A DNA stretch of 15,649 nucleotides from a virus (taxonomy: Duplodnaviria; Heunggongvirae; Uroviricota; Caudoviricetes). The stretch lies in IMG/VR virus record IMGVR_UViG_2937414065_000001, one strand, 5' to 3'. Below, one piece after another: positions 7,235 to 14,703 of this stretch. The notes beneath the pieces were generated by a model. The model worked only from the letters and a program-made list of their open reading frames with translations. It did no database searches and was not told where the DNA came from. The position numbers and the translations under genes are program-made. How positions within the stretch are numbered: the stretch's first letter is position 1; every line of letters starts with the position of its first letter.

Positions 7235-7885
7235 TTACGCTTTGAAAGCATCAGCCAGATAGTTATAAAAATCATTCTTGATAAAGCGATATTGCTGAGA
7301 TCCGTTTTTAGCAGTGCCCATTCCTTTGATCTTCTCGACCAGTCCGAGACGTTCACAAAGATTAATCAGCTGGTTGGCTTGAGTGTAGCCAGCGTCTAAT
7401 TTAATTTCATTTTCTTTTTTGGCTTCATTCATCAAATCGAAAACAGCGCCATTTGTGAATGTTTCCAGTTCATCATTAATCATTTCGATTAAAGCGAATA
7501 CGCGAGATCCGGACATATCAGCGACGGAATAAACACATTTACCAGACTTGATAGACTTAACCAGATAAACCAGTTTTTCTAATGAGTAGCTATTTGTCAT
7601 AGCTTCACGGAAAAACGCTTCAGGTGCTTGTTTGCTTGCTTTAATCGCGTAGTAAAAGACACCAGCTAATTTCTCATCATTAACAGCGTTTAAAACGTTG
7701 TTGGTGAAGTATGCTAGTTTGGTAGTCGCTGCAAGCATGTTAGCTTTATCTGCTTTTGTATGCGTACCATTCTGATAATGATTGTTATAAGTCTGAGTAG
7801 CATTATTGGCTGCAACTTGCAATTCATTAGCGATAACTACAGCAGCGTCGATGATGGATTTTTTAGAGATAGCAACGTTAGACAT
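7235..7885 (-). CDS. Hypothetical protein (216 aa), possible C-terminal winged helix
   Basis: AAGGA RBS and AT-rich codons. The C-terminal YTQANQLINLCERLGLVEKIKG...QQYRF pattern resembles a wHTH recognition helix plus wing (pattern inference). Confidence 0.75.
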   Translation of the reverse strand: MSNVAISKKSIIDAAVVIANELQVAANNATQTYNNHYQNGTHTKADKANMLAATTKLAYFTNNVLNAVNDEKLAGVFYYAIKASKQAPEAFFREAMTNSYSLEKLVYLVKSIKSGKCVYSVADMSGSRVFALIEMINDELETFTNGAVFDLMNEAKKENEIKLDAGYTQANQLINLCERLGLVEKIKGMGTAKNGSQQYRFIKNDFYNYLADAFKA

Positions 7886-7963
7886 GATATTAATCCTTAT
7901 GTAATATTGATAACTTAATTTGTTATTTGTTTATCGTTAGCGTGTTCGCTTTCGATGTGACTA

Positions 7964-7991
7964 ATTATCGATATACAGAAATTAAAATCAA
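7964..7991 (-). promoter_or_regulatory. Putative sigma70 promoter for the 7885-start gene
   Basis: Minus strand reads TTGATT-N16-GATAAT. Confidence 0.4.
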
Positions 7992-8166
7992 GAGTTTTTT
8001 ACGCGGGAACGAAAAAATTTTTCTTCAATAAAAATCAAAGTCTTAGAAATAAAGCGCGTTTACTCGAAGGTGTTGCCTAAATAAATTCCCTATTCGGTCA
8101 ATCATCCTTATATATTTATAACGGAATCGGGGTTAGGGGAAATAAATATAACGGGAAGTGACACGT

Positions 8167-8196
8167 AAAATAATAACCGGACTTAGCCGGTTATTA
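8167..8196 (-). terminator. Intrinsic terminator
   Basis: TAATAACCGG-acttag-CCGGTTATTA (10-bp stem), T4 on the minus strand, 11 nt after the stop at 8208. Confidence 0.65.
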
Positions 8197-8207
8197 CCCT
8201 TATAGAT

Positions 8208-8735
8208 TTAAAACGGTAAAATCCGTTCGACCCAATCGAACATGACGACTGTCTTCCGACCGTCCCCCATGTTGAGAGTGACCTGGCAAGCGTCAACGCC
8301 TGAAGACACACCCTCAATTTCACGGCCATCCGCCATGTAGACCCTTATAGACTTCTGCATCTCATGAGCCTGGCGACAAATTTTGAAGAAATCACGGCGA
8401 GATGGCCGATTGTCCACATAGTCTGGGTGTACCGTTGTCCGACCCGTGAAATCGTGCGCAATGCCTTCTGTCACACCTGATTCAATCGTGCTGATTCGCT
8501 CAAGTGGGAGCCTTATACGATTTTCTTTGTCGAACGGAGCAGGGCAAAGGTCGACTTTGTTGCGCGACGACATGAGACCCTGAACGTACATGCAGAACAC
8601 CTGACCATCTTCCATCGTGACCCTTACAGGAATGAGATACTTACGCCAGAACATCAGCGCCTTCTCCACGTTGGTGTAATCGCGCGGCCAGACTTCTGCA
8701 GGAATCCCGTAGGTGATGTCAGTAATATTCGTCAT
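8208..8735 (-). CDS. Hypothetical protein with two Sm/LSm(Hfq)-like repeats (175 aa)
   Basis: ATG 8735 lies 4 nt after the lipoprotein stop. Repeat 1: WRKYLIPVRVTMEDGQVF...LERISTIE. Repeat 2: KSIRVYMADGREIEGVSSGVDACQVTL...VMFDWVERILP. The gene is confident; the fold is an inference. Confidence 0.6.
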   Translation of the reverse strand: MTNITDITYGIPAEVWPRDYTNVEKALMFWRKYLIPVRVTMEDGQVFCMYVQGLMSSRNKVDLCPAPFDKENRIRLPLERISTIESGVTEGIAHDFTGRTTVHPDYVDNRPSRRDFFKICRQAHEMQKSIRVYMADGREIEGVSSGVDACQVTLNMGDGRKTVVMFDWVERILPF

Positions 8736-8739
8736 ATCG

Positions 8740-9162
8740 TCACAGTGTTGTTGGTAGGATATCGATGTCACCTGCGTTGCTGGTGAACACCCGGAAGACT
8801 TTCGTCTCGCCAGCTTTGGTGATCGTCTCGCGTTCCTGACGAGCAGGGTTCAGTGCGCACAGCCCGGCGCCTTCCAGTGAAGCGCCAACAATCCATTCTC
8901 CGGCATCCAGATGAAAAGTGACTTTTTCACCTGTCTCCAGTTTGGCAACGGTTTCGCCATTGATGAAGATCGATGCGTCGCAACCTGCGCCCACCATGCT
9001 TTTGTCCCTCAGAACCACCAGCGTAGATGCCGCTGGAGATTGGTATTTGAATATTCTGGCCTGCGGTGCTGGCTTTGCATCAGAGACAGAAACAGGACGA
9101 GATTGACATGCAGTGATAAGTAACGCGGAGGTAGCAATCAGAGGAAGTAATGCGTGTTTCAT
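8740..9162 (-). CDS. Putative lipoprotein (DUF2846-like beta-sandwich)
   Basis: MKHALLPLIATSALLITA|C: basic N-terminus, hydrophobic core and lipobox. The mature part (TLVVLRDKSMVGAGCDASIFINGETVAKLETGE) resembles small enterobacterial phage lipoproteins. Confidence 0.75.
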   Translation of the reverse strand: MKHALLPLIATSALLITACQSRPVSVSDAKPAPQARIFKYQSPAASTLVVLRDKSMVGAGCDASIFINGETVAKLETGEKVTFHLDAGEWIVGASLEGAGLCALNPARQERETITKAGETKVFRVFTSNAGDIDILPTTL

Positions 9163-9190
9163 TGTACCGAACAAAATCCTTATCTTTACG

Positions 9191-9217
9191 AAAAATCATG
9201 GCGCCTCAAGGCGCCAT
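9191..9217 (-). terminator. Intrinsic terminator
   Basis: ATGGCGCC-tcaa-GGCGCCAT followed by GATTTTT on the minus strand, 5 nt after the stop at 9223. Confidence 0.65.
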
Positions 9218-9222
9218 AATAC

Positions 9223-9501
9223 TCAATCGAGGCGTTTTAGAATATCGGCCAGATCTTCTTTGGTCATACCCGAGTTTTCGTAAATCTTCATGACCTTTTC
9301 GCGAGCTTTGGCTGAAGCCTCTAATGATGTAGCTGCCTTATCAAAATCAGCCATCGTCATGTTGGACAGCACCAGATTAATGATGTCTGCCTTTGACAGT
9401 TTTATGTTGCGTTCACGCAGTCGATTCTGAAAGGTTTCCAGCTTGTCGTTTGCTTTTTCGGTTAACTGAACCTGGCAGTGTATAGCGCGTTTCTCGCTCA
9501 T
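9223..9501 (-). CDS. Putative ribbon-helix-helix DNA-binding protein (92 aa)
   Basis: Alternating strand IHCQVQL, helix TEKANDKLETFQNRL, turn, helix SKADIINLVL; starts 2 nt after the helicase stop. Confidence 0.6.
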   Translation of the reverse strand: MSEKRAIHCQVQLTEKANDKLETFQNRLRERNIKLSKADIINLVLSNMTMADFDKAATSLEASAKAREKVMKIYENSGMTKEDLADILKRLD

Positions 9502-9503
9502 GC

Positions 9504-11063
9504 TTACTCTCTATTCAAAACAGTGAAATCGAATGTGCTACCCACCGGCAATACTCCCTCGGCAAATCCAGGCGTCGTGTCGATAATGTGCTTCCGCTCA
9601 TATGAATGCGACATGAGGTATTTGTTGCTCACGTCAATGAAGTCGGTAATAAAGCACACGTTAGCCAGATTCTTTTTGGCTCGAAGACCGCGACCAACAC
9701 GTTGGCGCATCTCAACTTCAGCTTTGCCGCCACCACCCAGAATCACCGCACCTACGCTTGGAACGTCGACGCCAACATCCAGAATGGTTGAACCAATCAG
9801 AACATCTATCTTGCCTGCCGCCAGACTGTTGAGCTTTGCTTGTCGGGTAGTCTGGTTTGATTCTCCGTAGATGAAATCGACCTTCAGGCCGTTCTCTTTC
9901 ATCATTTCCATCAAGATCTGACCATGACGCTTCAGGCGAACCAACGTCATACAGTTCAGACCGTGGCTCTTGTACATTAACGCTTCACGCACAATAGCTT
10001 CGTTGCGTCCCAGATTATAAACGATGCCTAACTGATAGGCTTTCTGGTAAGCCGTACTCATTCCAACCCGAAAATTTAGGTGTTTTGAAGCAAGTTCGGC
10101 TCTAATCCGCACCTCGTCTGGAGTGTACGCGATTTTATGATATAGAAAGTAGGGTTTGGCTAAAATACCTCGATCGATCAAATATTTCTCCGTGACCTTT
10201 ATCTCAATGCGACCAGCAACGGCCATGAGACGCATATTTGCTTCAGTCGAGTCCTTCATGAACGGCGTTGCTGTCAGCGCCAGACGGTAGTCAGCATTGA
10301 TGCACAGCCGGGCGATGTCGTAGAAGTTAGAACCAGATGATTCGTGTGCCTCTTCCAGAATCAGCAGAGAAACGCTGGACAGGAAGCGTTTAACCAGTTC
10401 CCGGCGCTTCAGGTGGTACTGTTTTTTCTCCGGTGATGCGTCGCGCGGTGGCTCTTCGAGAAAACTGGCCAGGGTCTGCACCGTGGCAACGTTGATATGG
10501 CGCGAGACCTGGAACTCACCCGATCCAATCACCCCAACTCTCTGACCTTTCAGCCACGGCTCGCCATTCTCCGCGCGGTAGTCGATGGATTTCTGGAAGT
10601 TCTCTGCCATCTGGAACATCAGAACCGATCGCGTGGTTAAAAACAGCGTCATACGACCAATGCGAGCAGCAGCCTTACACGCTACGTTCGATTTACCGCC
10701 ACCCGTCGCAATCTGGGCAATCATCATCCCTTCGCGCACCAGTGTTTCCACAGTCTGATCCTGATACGCATAGTCCGGGTTATACGGGAATGGGTTAACT
10801 ACCGGGTTCGGCTTGCCCAGCGCGGGGGCTTTTTCCTTGCGCACATGCACGCATTTGATGCCAGCTTTCAGAAGGTTGGCTGCAACTGGTTTCGCAAACC
10901 CAGCCGGGAACGCGTTTTTGCTCCAGTTGAACATCGTGCTGGTTCCTTTCCAGTCCCCAGCCTCCACTTCATAGCTCAACATCTCCTGAACGAGCCGCTT
11001 CACGTTGTCATCAGCGCCAGAAATCAGCGCATTGACTGCATTCGATACAATCCGAACTGTCAT
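9504..11063 (-). CDS. Superfamily 2 (DExH, UvsW/ResIII-like) DNA helicase
   Basis: Q motif YAYQ, motif I ATGGGKS, motif II LEEAH, motif III TATP, motif V ILDVGVDVP, motif VI QRVGRGLR. Confidence 0.9.
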   Translation of the reverse strand: MTVRIVSNAVNALISGADDNVKRLVQEMLSYEVEAGDWKGTSTMFNWSKNAFPAGFAKPVAANLLKAGIKCVHVRKEKAPALGKPNPVVNPFPYNPDYAYQDQTVETLVREGMMIAQIATGGGKSNVACKAAARIGRMTLFLTTRSVLMFQMAENFQKSIDYRAENGEPWLKGQRVGVIGSGEFQVSRHINVATVQTLASFLEEPPRDASPEKKQYHLKRRELVKRFLSSVSLLILEEAHESSGSNFYDIARLCINADYRLALTATPFMKDSTEANMRLMAVAGRIEIKVTEKYLIDRGILAKPYFLYHKIAYTPDEVRIRAELASKHLNFRVGMSTAYQKAYQLGIVYNLGRNEAIVREALMYKSHGLNCMTLVRLKRHGQILMEMMKENGLKVDFIYGESNQTTRQAKLNSLAAGKIDVLIGSTILDVGVDVPSVGAVILGGGGKAEVEMRQRVGRGLRAKKNLANVCFITDFIDVSNKYLMSHSYERKHIIDTTPGFAEGVLPVGSTFDFTVLNRE

Positions 11064-11113
11064 AAACCTCTTTCCTTCGTGCCTTTTGTATGGTAATTGG
11101 CTATTATAGTAAG

Positions 11114-11123
11114 TAAGTACTTA
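11114..11123. promoter_or_regulatory. Perfect palindrome TAAGTACTTA in the divergent intergenic region
   Basis: Lies between the helicase start (11063) and the ParB-N start; related to motifs at 4793 and 14597. Confidence 0.5.
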
Positions 11124-11127
11124 TGCA

Positions 11128-11826
11128 ATGGATTGTATCATAATTATGGATGTGAAAATTACGATTCTGCAGGTGGAAGTCGCGAACCTGCGTCCGAATC
11201 CCTGGAATACCAACTCCGTTGGGGCGCAAAACTTCGAAAAACTGAAAGGCTCTATCGAAAAATTGGGCTTTTTTAAGCCAATTCTGGCGCGGGAGCTGGA
11301 CGGGGGCATTTTTGAGATCCTCGGTGGTGAACACCGCTGGCGTGCCGCGATGGAGCAGGGCATTTCAACGGTTCCCGTCATCTCCGTGGGCAAAATTAAC
11401 GACCTGGTGGCCAAACAGATGTCCCTCGTCGACAACGAGCGCTACGGCGAAGACGATCAGGTCGCTTTGCAGCGCTTAATCGAAGAAATCCAGTCTGAAA
11501 TCGACTACCGGTTGTCCGATATCGCCCCGTATGACGACGAAATGGCGGCAACACTCGCCAAAGCGTCCGTTATCGATCTTGAAGCGCTGGAAGCGCTCTC
11601 CCGTGGCGATGACGAGCCGGTCGATGAGGACAAACGCGAGAAAACCGAGCGAGTCGGCGCTGAACACCAGACGATGCGCTTCAAGGTGACGTTTGATGCG
11701 TCAGATCGGGTCGCCGACACCATCAAAACCATCATCAAAGAGCAGGGAATCAATACCGGTAACGAAATGGAGAACGCCGGGGAAGCCCTGGTGTGGCTGG
11801 TCGACTACTACAAGGAGCGTATGTAA
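11128..11826 (+). CDS. ParB/Sulfiredoxin N-terminal-domain protein 1
   Basis: LRPNPWNTN...LKGSIEKLGFFKPIL...EILGGEHRWRAA...SLVDN. No clear ParB HTH and no ParA nearby. The start may be ATG 11146. Confidence 0.85.
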   Translation: MDCIIIMDVKITILQVEVANLRPNPWNTNSVGAQNFEKLKGSIEKLGFFKPILARELDGGIFEILGGEHRWRAAMEQGISTVPVISVGKINDLVAKQMSLVDNERYGEDDQVALQRLIEEIQSEIDYRLSDIAPYDDEMAATLAKASVIDLEALEALSRGDDEPVDEDKREKTERVGAEHQTMRFKVTFDASDRVADTIKTIIKEQGINTGNEMENAGEALVWLVDYYKERM

Positions 11827-12494
11827 TGACCAAAAACTTTGAAATCGTCTATCGAAACCCGGCAGAACTCATCCCGTATGAGATGAACGCCAAAAAACAT
11901 GACGAACAGCAGATCCGCGATCTGGCGGCCGCCATCAAAAAGCGCGGTTTTGACCAGCCGATCACGGTCGACAAGCACGACGTCATCATTACTGGCCACG
12001 GTCGTCGCGAGGCGGCTCTTCTGGCTGGTCTGGAGCGTGTGCCGGTCATCGTTCGCGACGATCTGAGCGAAGAAGAAGTGAAGGCGAAGCGTCTGGAAGA
12101 CAACCGCCTGGCCAGTATTGACTACGACGCCATCAAATTGCAGCAGGAACTGGAATCCCTGGTGCTGGGCGACGTCGAGGTCTTCGGTTTTGAAGAGCGC
12201 GAGCTGAACGTGCTTGTCGGCAGCATGACCGAAGAGATGGAAACCGGCTCTCTGGTGCTCGATCTGGGCGAAGAGACGGAGCGCCAGAAGGAAGAGCACA
12301 CCGAGATCAGTCGCGAAGTGGCCTCTGAAGAAGTCCGCGTCATCGACGTATTGGGCTTTAAAACGCTCCCTGCTGGCTCTGCCATTGTGGTTGGGGATTT
12401 GCTTGCCCACATGGAAGAAATCACGGGAGAGAGCGGGGTAGACGCTTTCGTGGCGTATGCGGAGAAAGTTTCTTCTGGGGAGCTGGCCGCATGA
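11826..12494 (+). CDS. ParB/Sulfiredoxin N-terminal-domain protein 2 (phage DNA-modification-associated type)
   Basis: LIPYEMNAKKH...IKKRGFDQPITVDKHDVIITGHGRREAA...RLEDNRL. The start at 11826 overlaps the upstream stop (TAATG). Confidence 0.85.
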   Translation: MTKNFEIVYRNPAELIPYEMNAKKHDEQQIRDLAAAIKKRGFDQPITVDKHDVIITGHGRREAALLAGLERVPVIVRDDLSEEEVKAKRLEDNRLASIDYDAIKLQQELESLVLGDVEVFGFEERELNVLVGSMTEEMETGSLVLDLGEETERQKEEHTEISREVASEEVRVIDVLGFKTLPAGSAIVVGDLLAHMEEITGESGVDAFVAYAEKVSSGELAA

Positions 12495-13129
12495 GCAAAT
12501 ACACCATCAACGTATCGTTTCAGACCCGCGTGAACAAAACCACGCGCACGCTGGAGATTGCCGAATCGTTCGGTCTTGGCCTGGACGAAAAAGAGTGGAC
12601 GCTTTACGACAATCTGGAGCTGGAAGTGAAGCAGGGCGATGTGGTGTACATCACCGGCCAATCCGGTTCCGGTAAATCCGTTGTGCTGCGCGAGCTGCAA
12701 CGCCAGATGAAGGATGAAGGGCTTTCTGTAGCCTCCATCGATGATTTTACCTTCGACAATGAGGTTAACGTCATCGACCAGCTGGGCAAAACCACCAGCG
12801 AAGCGCTGGGGCTGCTGTCTATGGCCGGATTGAACGACGCCTATCTCTTTGTGCGCAAGCCATCCGAGATGTCTGACGGCCAGAAATACCGTCTCAAGAT
12901 CGCCAAGCTGATCGAGTCCGGCGCGAAAGTCTGGGCTGCCGACGAATTTGGCGCTGTTCTCGACCGTGTAACCGCCCAGGTTGTGGCGTCGAACCTCCAG
13001 CGTGCCGCCCGAAAGGTTGGCGCGACGGTAATGGTGGCGACGACCCACGAAGACCTGAAGAACGCGCTGCGCCCGGATATGCAGATCACCAAGCACTACA
13101 AAGAACGCGTGAAGGTGGAATATGCCTGA
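12491..13129 (+). CDS. Soluble ABC-family ATPase (no permease partner)
   Basis: Walker A GQSGSGKS, signature variant MSDGQKYR, Walker B WAADEFG, H-loop TTHE; ATGA overlap with the upstream gene. Confidence 0.88.
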   Translation: MSKYTINVSFQTRVNKTTRTLEIAESFGLGLDEKEWTLYDNLELEVKQGDVVYITGQSGSGKSVVLRELQRQMKDEGLSVASIDDFTFDNEVNVIDQLGKTTSEALGLLSMAGLNDAYLFVRKPSEMSDGQKYRLKIAKLIESGAKVWAADEFGAVLDRVTAQVVASNLQRAARKVGATVMVATTHEDLKNALRPDMQITKHYKERVKVEYA

Positions 13130-13376
13130 TTTGAAGATCGTAGAGCTGAAGCCATCGAAAGAGGCTGACAACAACAACGTTGAAGTCATCCGCCTGCTGG
13201 AAGAAGCACTCCAGTACGCCAGAGAAGGCAAAAGCCAGAGTCTGGCACTGCTGATGATCAACAACGACGGCAGTGTGCTGGATTGCTGGCATAACGGTGG
13301 GCGTCCATACGTCATGGTTGGGGCGATGGAATCGCTTCGCCTGGACTTCATCAATGCCAATATCGAGCGTAGGTGA
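13122..13376 (+). CDS. Hypothetical protein (84 aa)
   Basis: AAGGTGG RBS; start overlaps the ABC stop and the stop overlaps the RBS of the GNAT gene. Confidence 0.75.
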   Translation: MPDLKIVELKPSKEADNNNVEVIRLLEEALQYAREGKSQSLALLMINNDGSVLDCWHNGGRPYVMVGAMESLRLDFINANIERR

Positions 13377-13381
13377 TCGAC

Positions 13382-14272
13382 ATGACAGGCATCATCATCA
13401 AACGCTACCGCCCGGAAGAGTTCCCGCGTCATCTGGACTTTCTGGAGCGTATGACCGTAACCAAAGGCACGGTTGAAGACTGGCACGCGCTGAAGTCGCT
13501 GCACTACAAGACGGATGGTAAGCCGTTCGCGCCAACGTATTACCGCTGCGAACTGGACGACCGGCTGGTGGGCGTCGTGGTTATGGCTTACCCGAAACTG
13601 CTGCTGGCGCCTCGCCATCGCATGTTTCCTAAGCTGAAGCCAACCACCAATACCACCGTGGCCAACCAGTATTGGGGCCGGTACGTGAACAACAACTTTG
13701 CGGTGATCAGCCGTTCCGTTGTTGACACTCAGTACCGCGGTGTCGGCGTCTCCTATCGAATGATTAATCTGGTTAGCAGGATGCACGACCGGCCAATCAT
13801 CGAGATCCAGTCGTCGATGAGCAAATACAACCCGTTCGCCATGAAAGCAGGGTTCCAGTTCATCCGTCCGGAGCGTCCGAAGAGCTATGAGAGTGCGTTG
13901 CGCGTCTTCCAGCGTCATTTCCGTTCTGACCCTGGCGACAACGAAGCGATCGTCAAAGAGCTGTTCGCCATGAGTGAGTCTCGCCGTCGTCGTGCGCTGC
14001 GCGATCTGGTCGCTGACTACCACAAGAACAGTTCCCTGGCCAAAGCCGGGCGTAATCGTGGCACGACGATTCAGGACATTGCCGACAGCCTGGTGGACGA
14101 GGCCAGCATCGTGAAGCTGCTCAAGGACATTCACAACCTGAGCTTCACGTCTCCGCTGTATGGCGTGTACCGAAACCCGGACTTTGGCCGTCAGCTGCCG
14201 GACACGCTGCCACTGCTGGCATTCGACAAACAGCCTTTGAATAAACCTCTTGAAATTGCATTACCGGCATAA
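13382..14272 (+). CDS. GNAT-fold acyltransferase, Mom-like, with a basic helical C-terminal extension
   Basis: Acyl-CoA motif A ISRSVVDTQYRGVGV, N-terminal DWHALKSLHY and strand LVGVVVM. AGGTGA RBS 5 nt before ATG 13382. Confidence 0.75.
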   Translation: MTGIIIKRYRPEEFPRHLDFLERMTVTKGTVEDWHALKSLHYKTDGKPFAPTYYRCELDDRLVGVVVMAYPKLLLAPRHRMFPKLKPTTNTTVANQYWGRYVNNNFAVISRSVVDTQYRGVGVSYRMINLVSRMHDRPIIEIQSSMSKYNPFAMKAGFQFIRPERPKSYESALRVFQRHFRSDPGDNEAIVKELFAMSESRRRRALRDLVADYHKNSSLAKAGRNRGTTIQDIADSLVDEASIVKLLKDIHNLSFTSPLYGVYRNPDFGRQLPDTLPLLAFDKQPLNKPLEIALPA

Positions 14273-14281
14273 GGATTTGCC

Positions 14282-14548
14282 ATGACGTTGACCGACAAAC
14301 AAAAAGACATCATCAAAACCATCAATTTAGGCCATGAGCGTGGGCATCTGCTCGATCTGGACGAGCTACTGGAAGTGCTGCCGTACAAAACGACCAAACA
14401 GAGTATGCAGTTCTCGATCCGCGCACTGGTGAAGAAGGGGCTGGTGGAGAAAGGAATGTGCCGCCAGCGCGGTGATTCCGGCTACCACCGTCGCACGCTG
14501 GGACTGACCACGTTAGGTCGTGCCAGAGCCAAATTACTGGTGATGTAA
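14282..14548 (+). CDS. Winged-helix DNA-binding protein (88 aa)
   Basis: LTDKQKDII...LDLDELLEVL...TKQSMQFSIRALVKKGLVEK...RRTLGLTTLG is a typical wHTH pattern; AAGGA RBS. Confidence 0.75.
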   Translation: MTLTDKQKDIIKTINLGHERGHLLDLDELLEVLPYKTTKQSMQFSIRALVKKGLVEKGMCRQRGDSGYHRRTLGLTTLGRARAKLLVM

Positions 14549-14573
14549 GTCGGTCTGGGAGCCAGTTTGAGAG

Positions 14574-14628
14574 CCTGCTTCCGTATATATAAATACTAAG
14601 TGACTTATTAAATATATACGGAAGCAGG
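14574..14628. repeat. Perfect 17-bp inverted repeat with a 21-nt AT-rich spacer containing TAAGTGACTTA
   Basis: CCTGCTTCCGTATATAT (14574-14590) and ATATATACGGAAGCAGG (14612-14628). Confidence 0.9.
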
Positions 14629-14690
14629 TTCTGAATACTCCCCAGCCCGGTTTTAAACACCCAGAAAACAAATTGGTTAGGCACTGAATT

Positions 14691-14703
14691 AAACAAGTTG
14701 TTT
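14691..14703. promoter_or_regulatory. AAACAAGTTGTTT operator-like palindrome upstream of the terminase genes
   Basis: Identical to the 3' 13 nt of module copies C and E. Confidence 0.55.

Noticed and set aside
8110-8160. TATAACGG(G)AA repeats resembling the arm of the 14574 inverted repeat
   Set aside because: The similarity is short and mostly AT-rich, and could be chance.
9478-11753. Assorted 60-130 aa ORFs overlapping the helicase and ParB-N genes (and similar ones at 848, 4023-4795, 5059-6516, 12457-13476 and 14191-15287)
   Set aside because: They are antisense or out-of-frame overlaps of better-supported genes and have no RBS or motifs.
11128-12494. Plasmid partition (parAB) locus
   Set aside because: There is no ParA Walker-box partner or clear HTH, and the genes are coupled to ABC/GNAT/terminase instead.
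12491-13129. ABC transporter
   Set aside because: There is no transmembrane or substrate-binding gene in the operon.
12122-14134. 670-aa minus-strand ORF
   Set aside because: It lies antisense to four well-supported genes and has no motifs or RBS; it is most simply a shadow of GC-rich codon bias.
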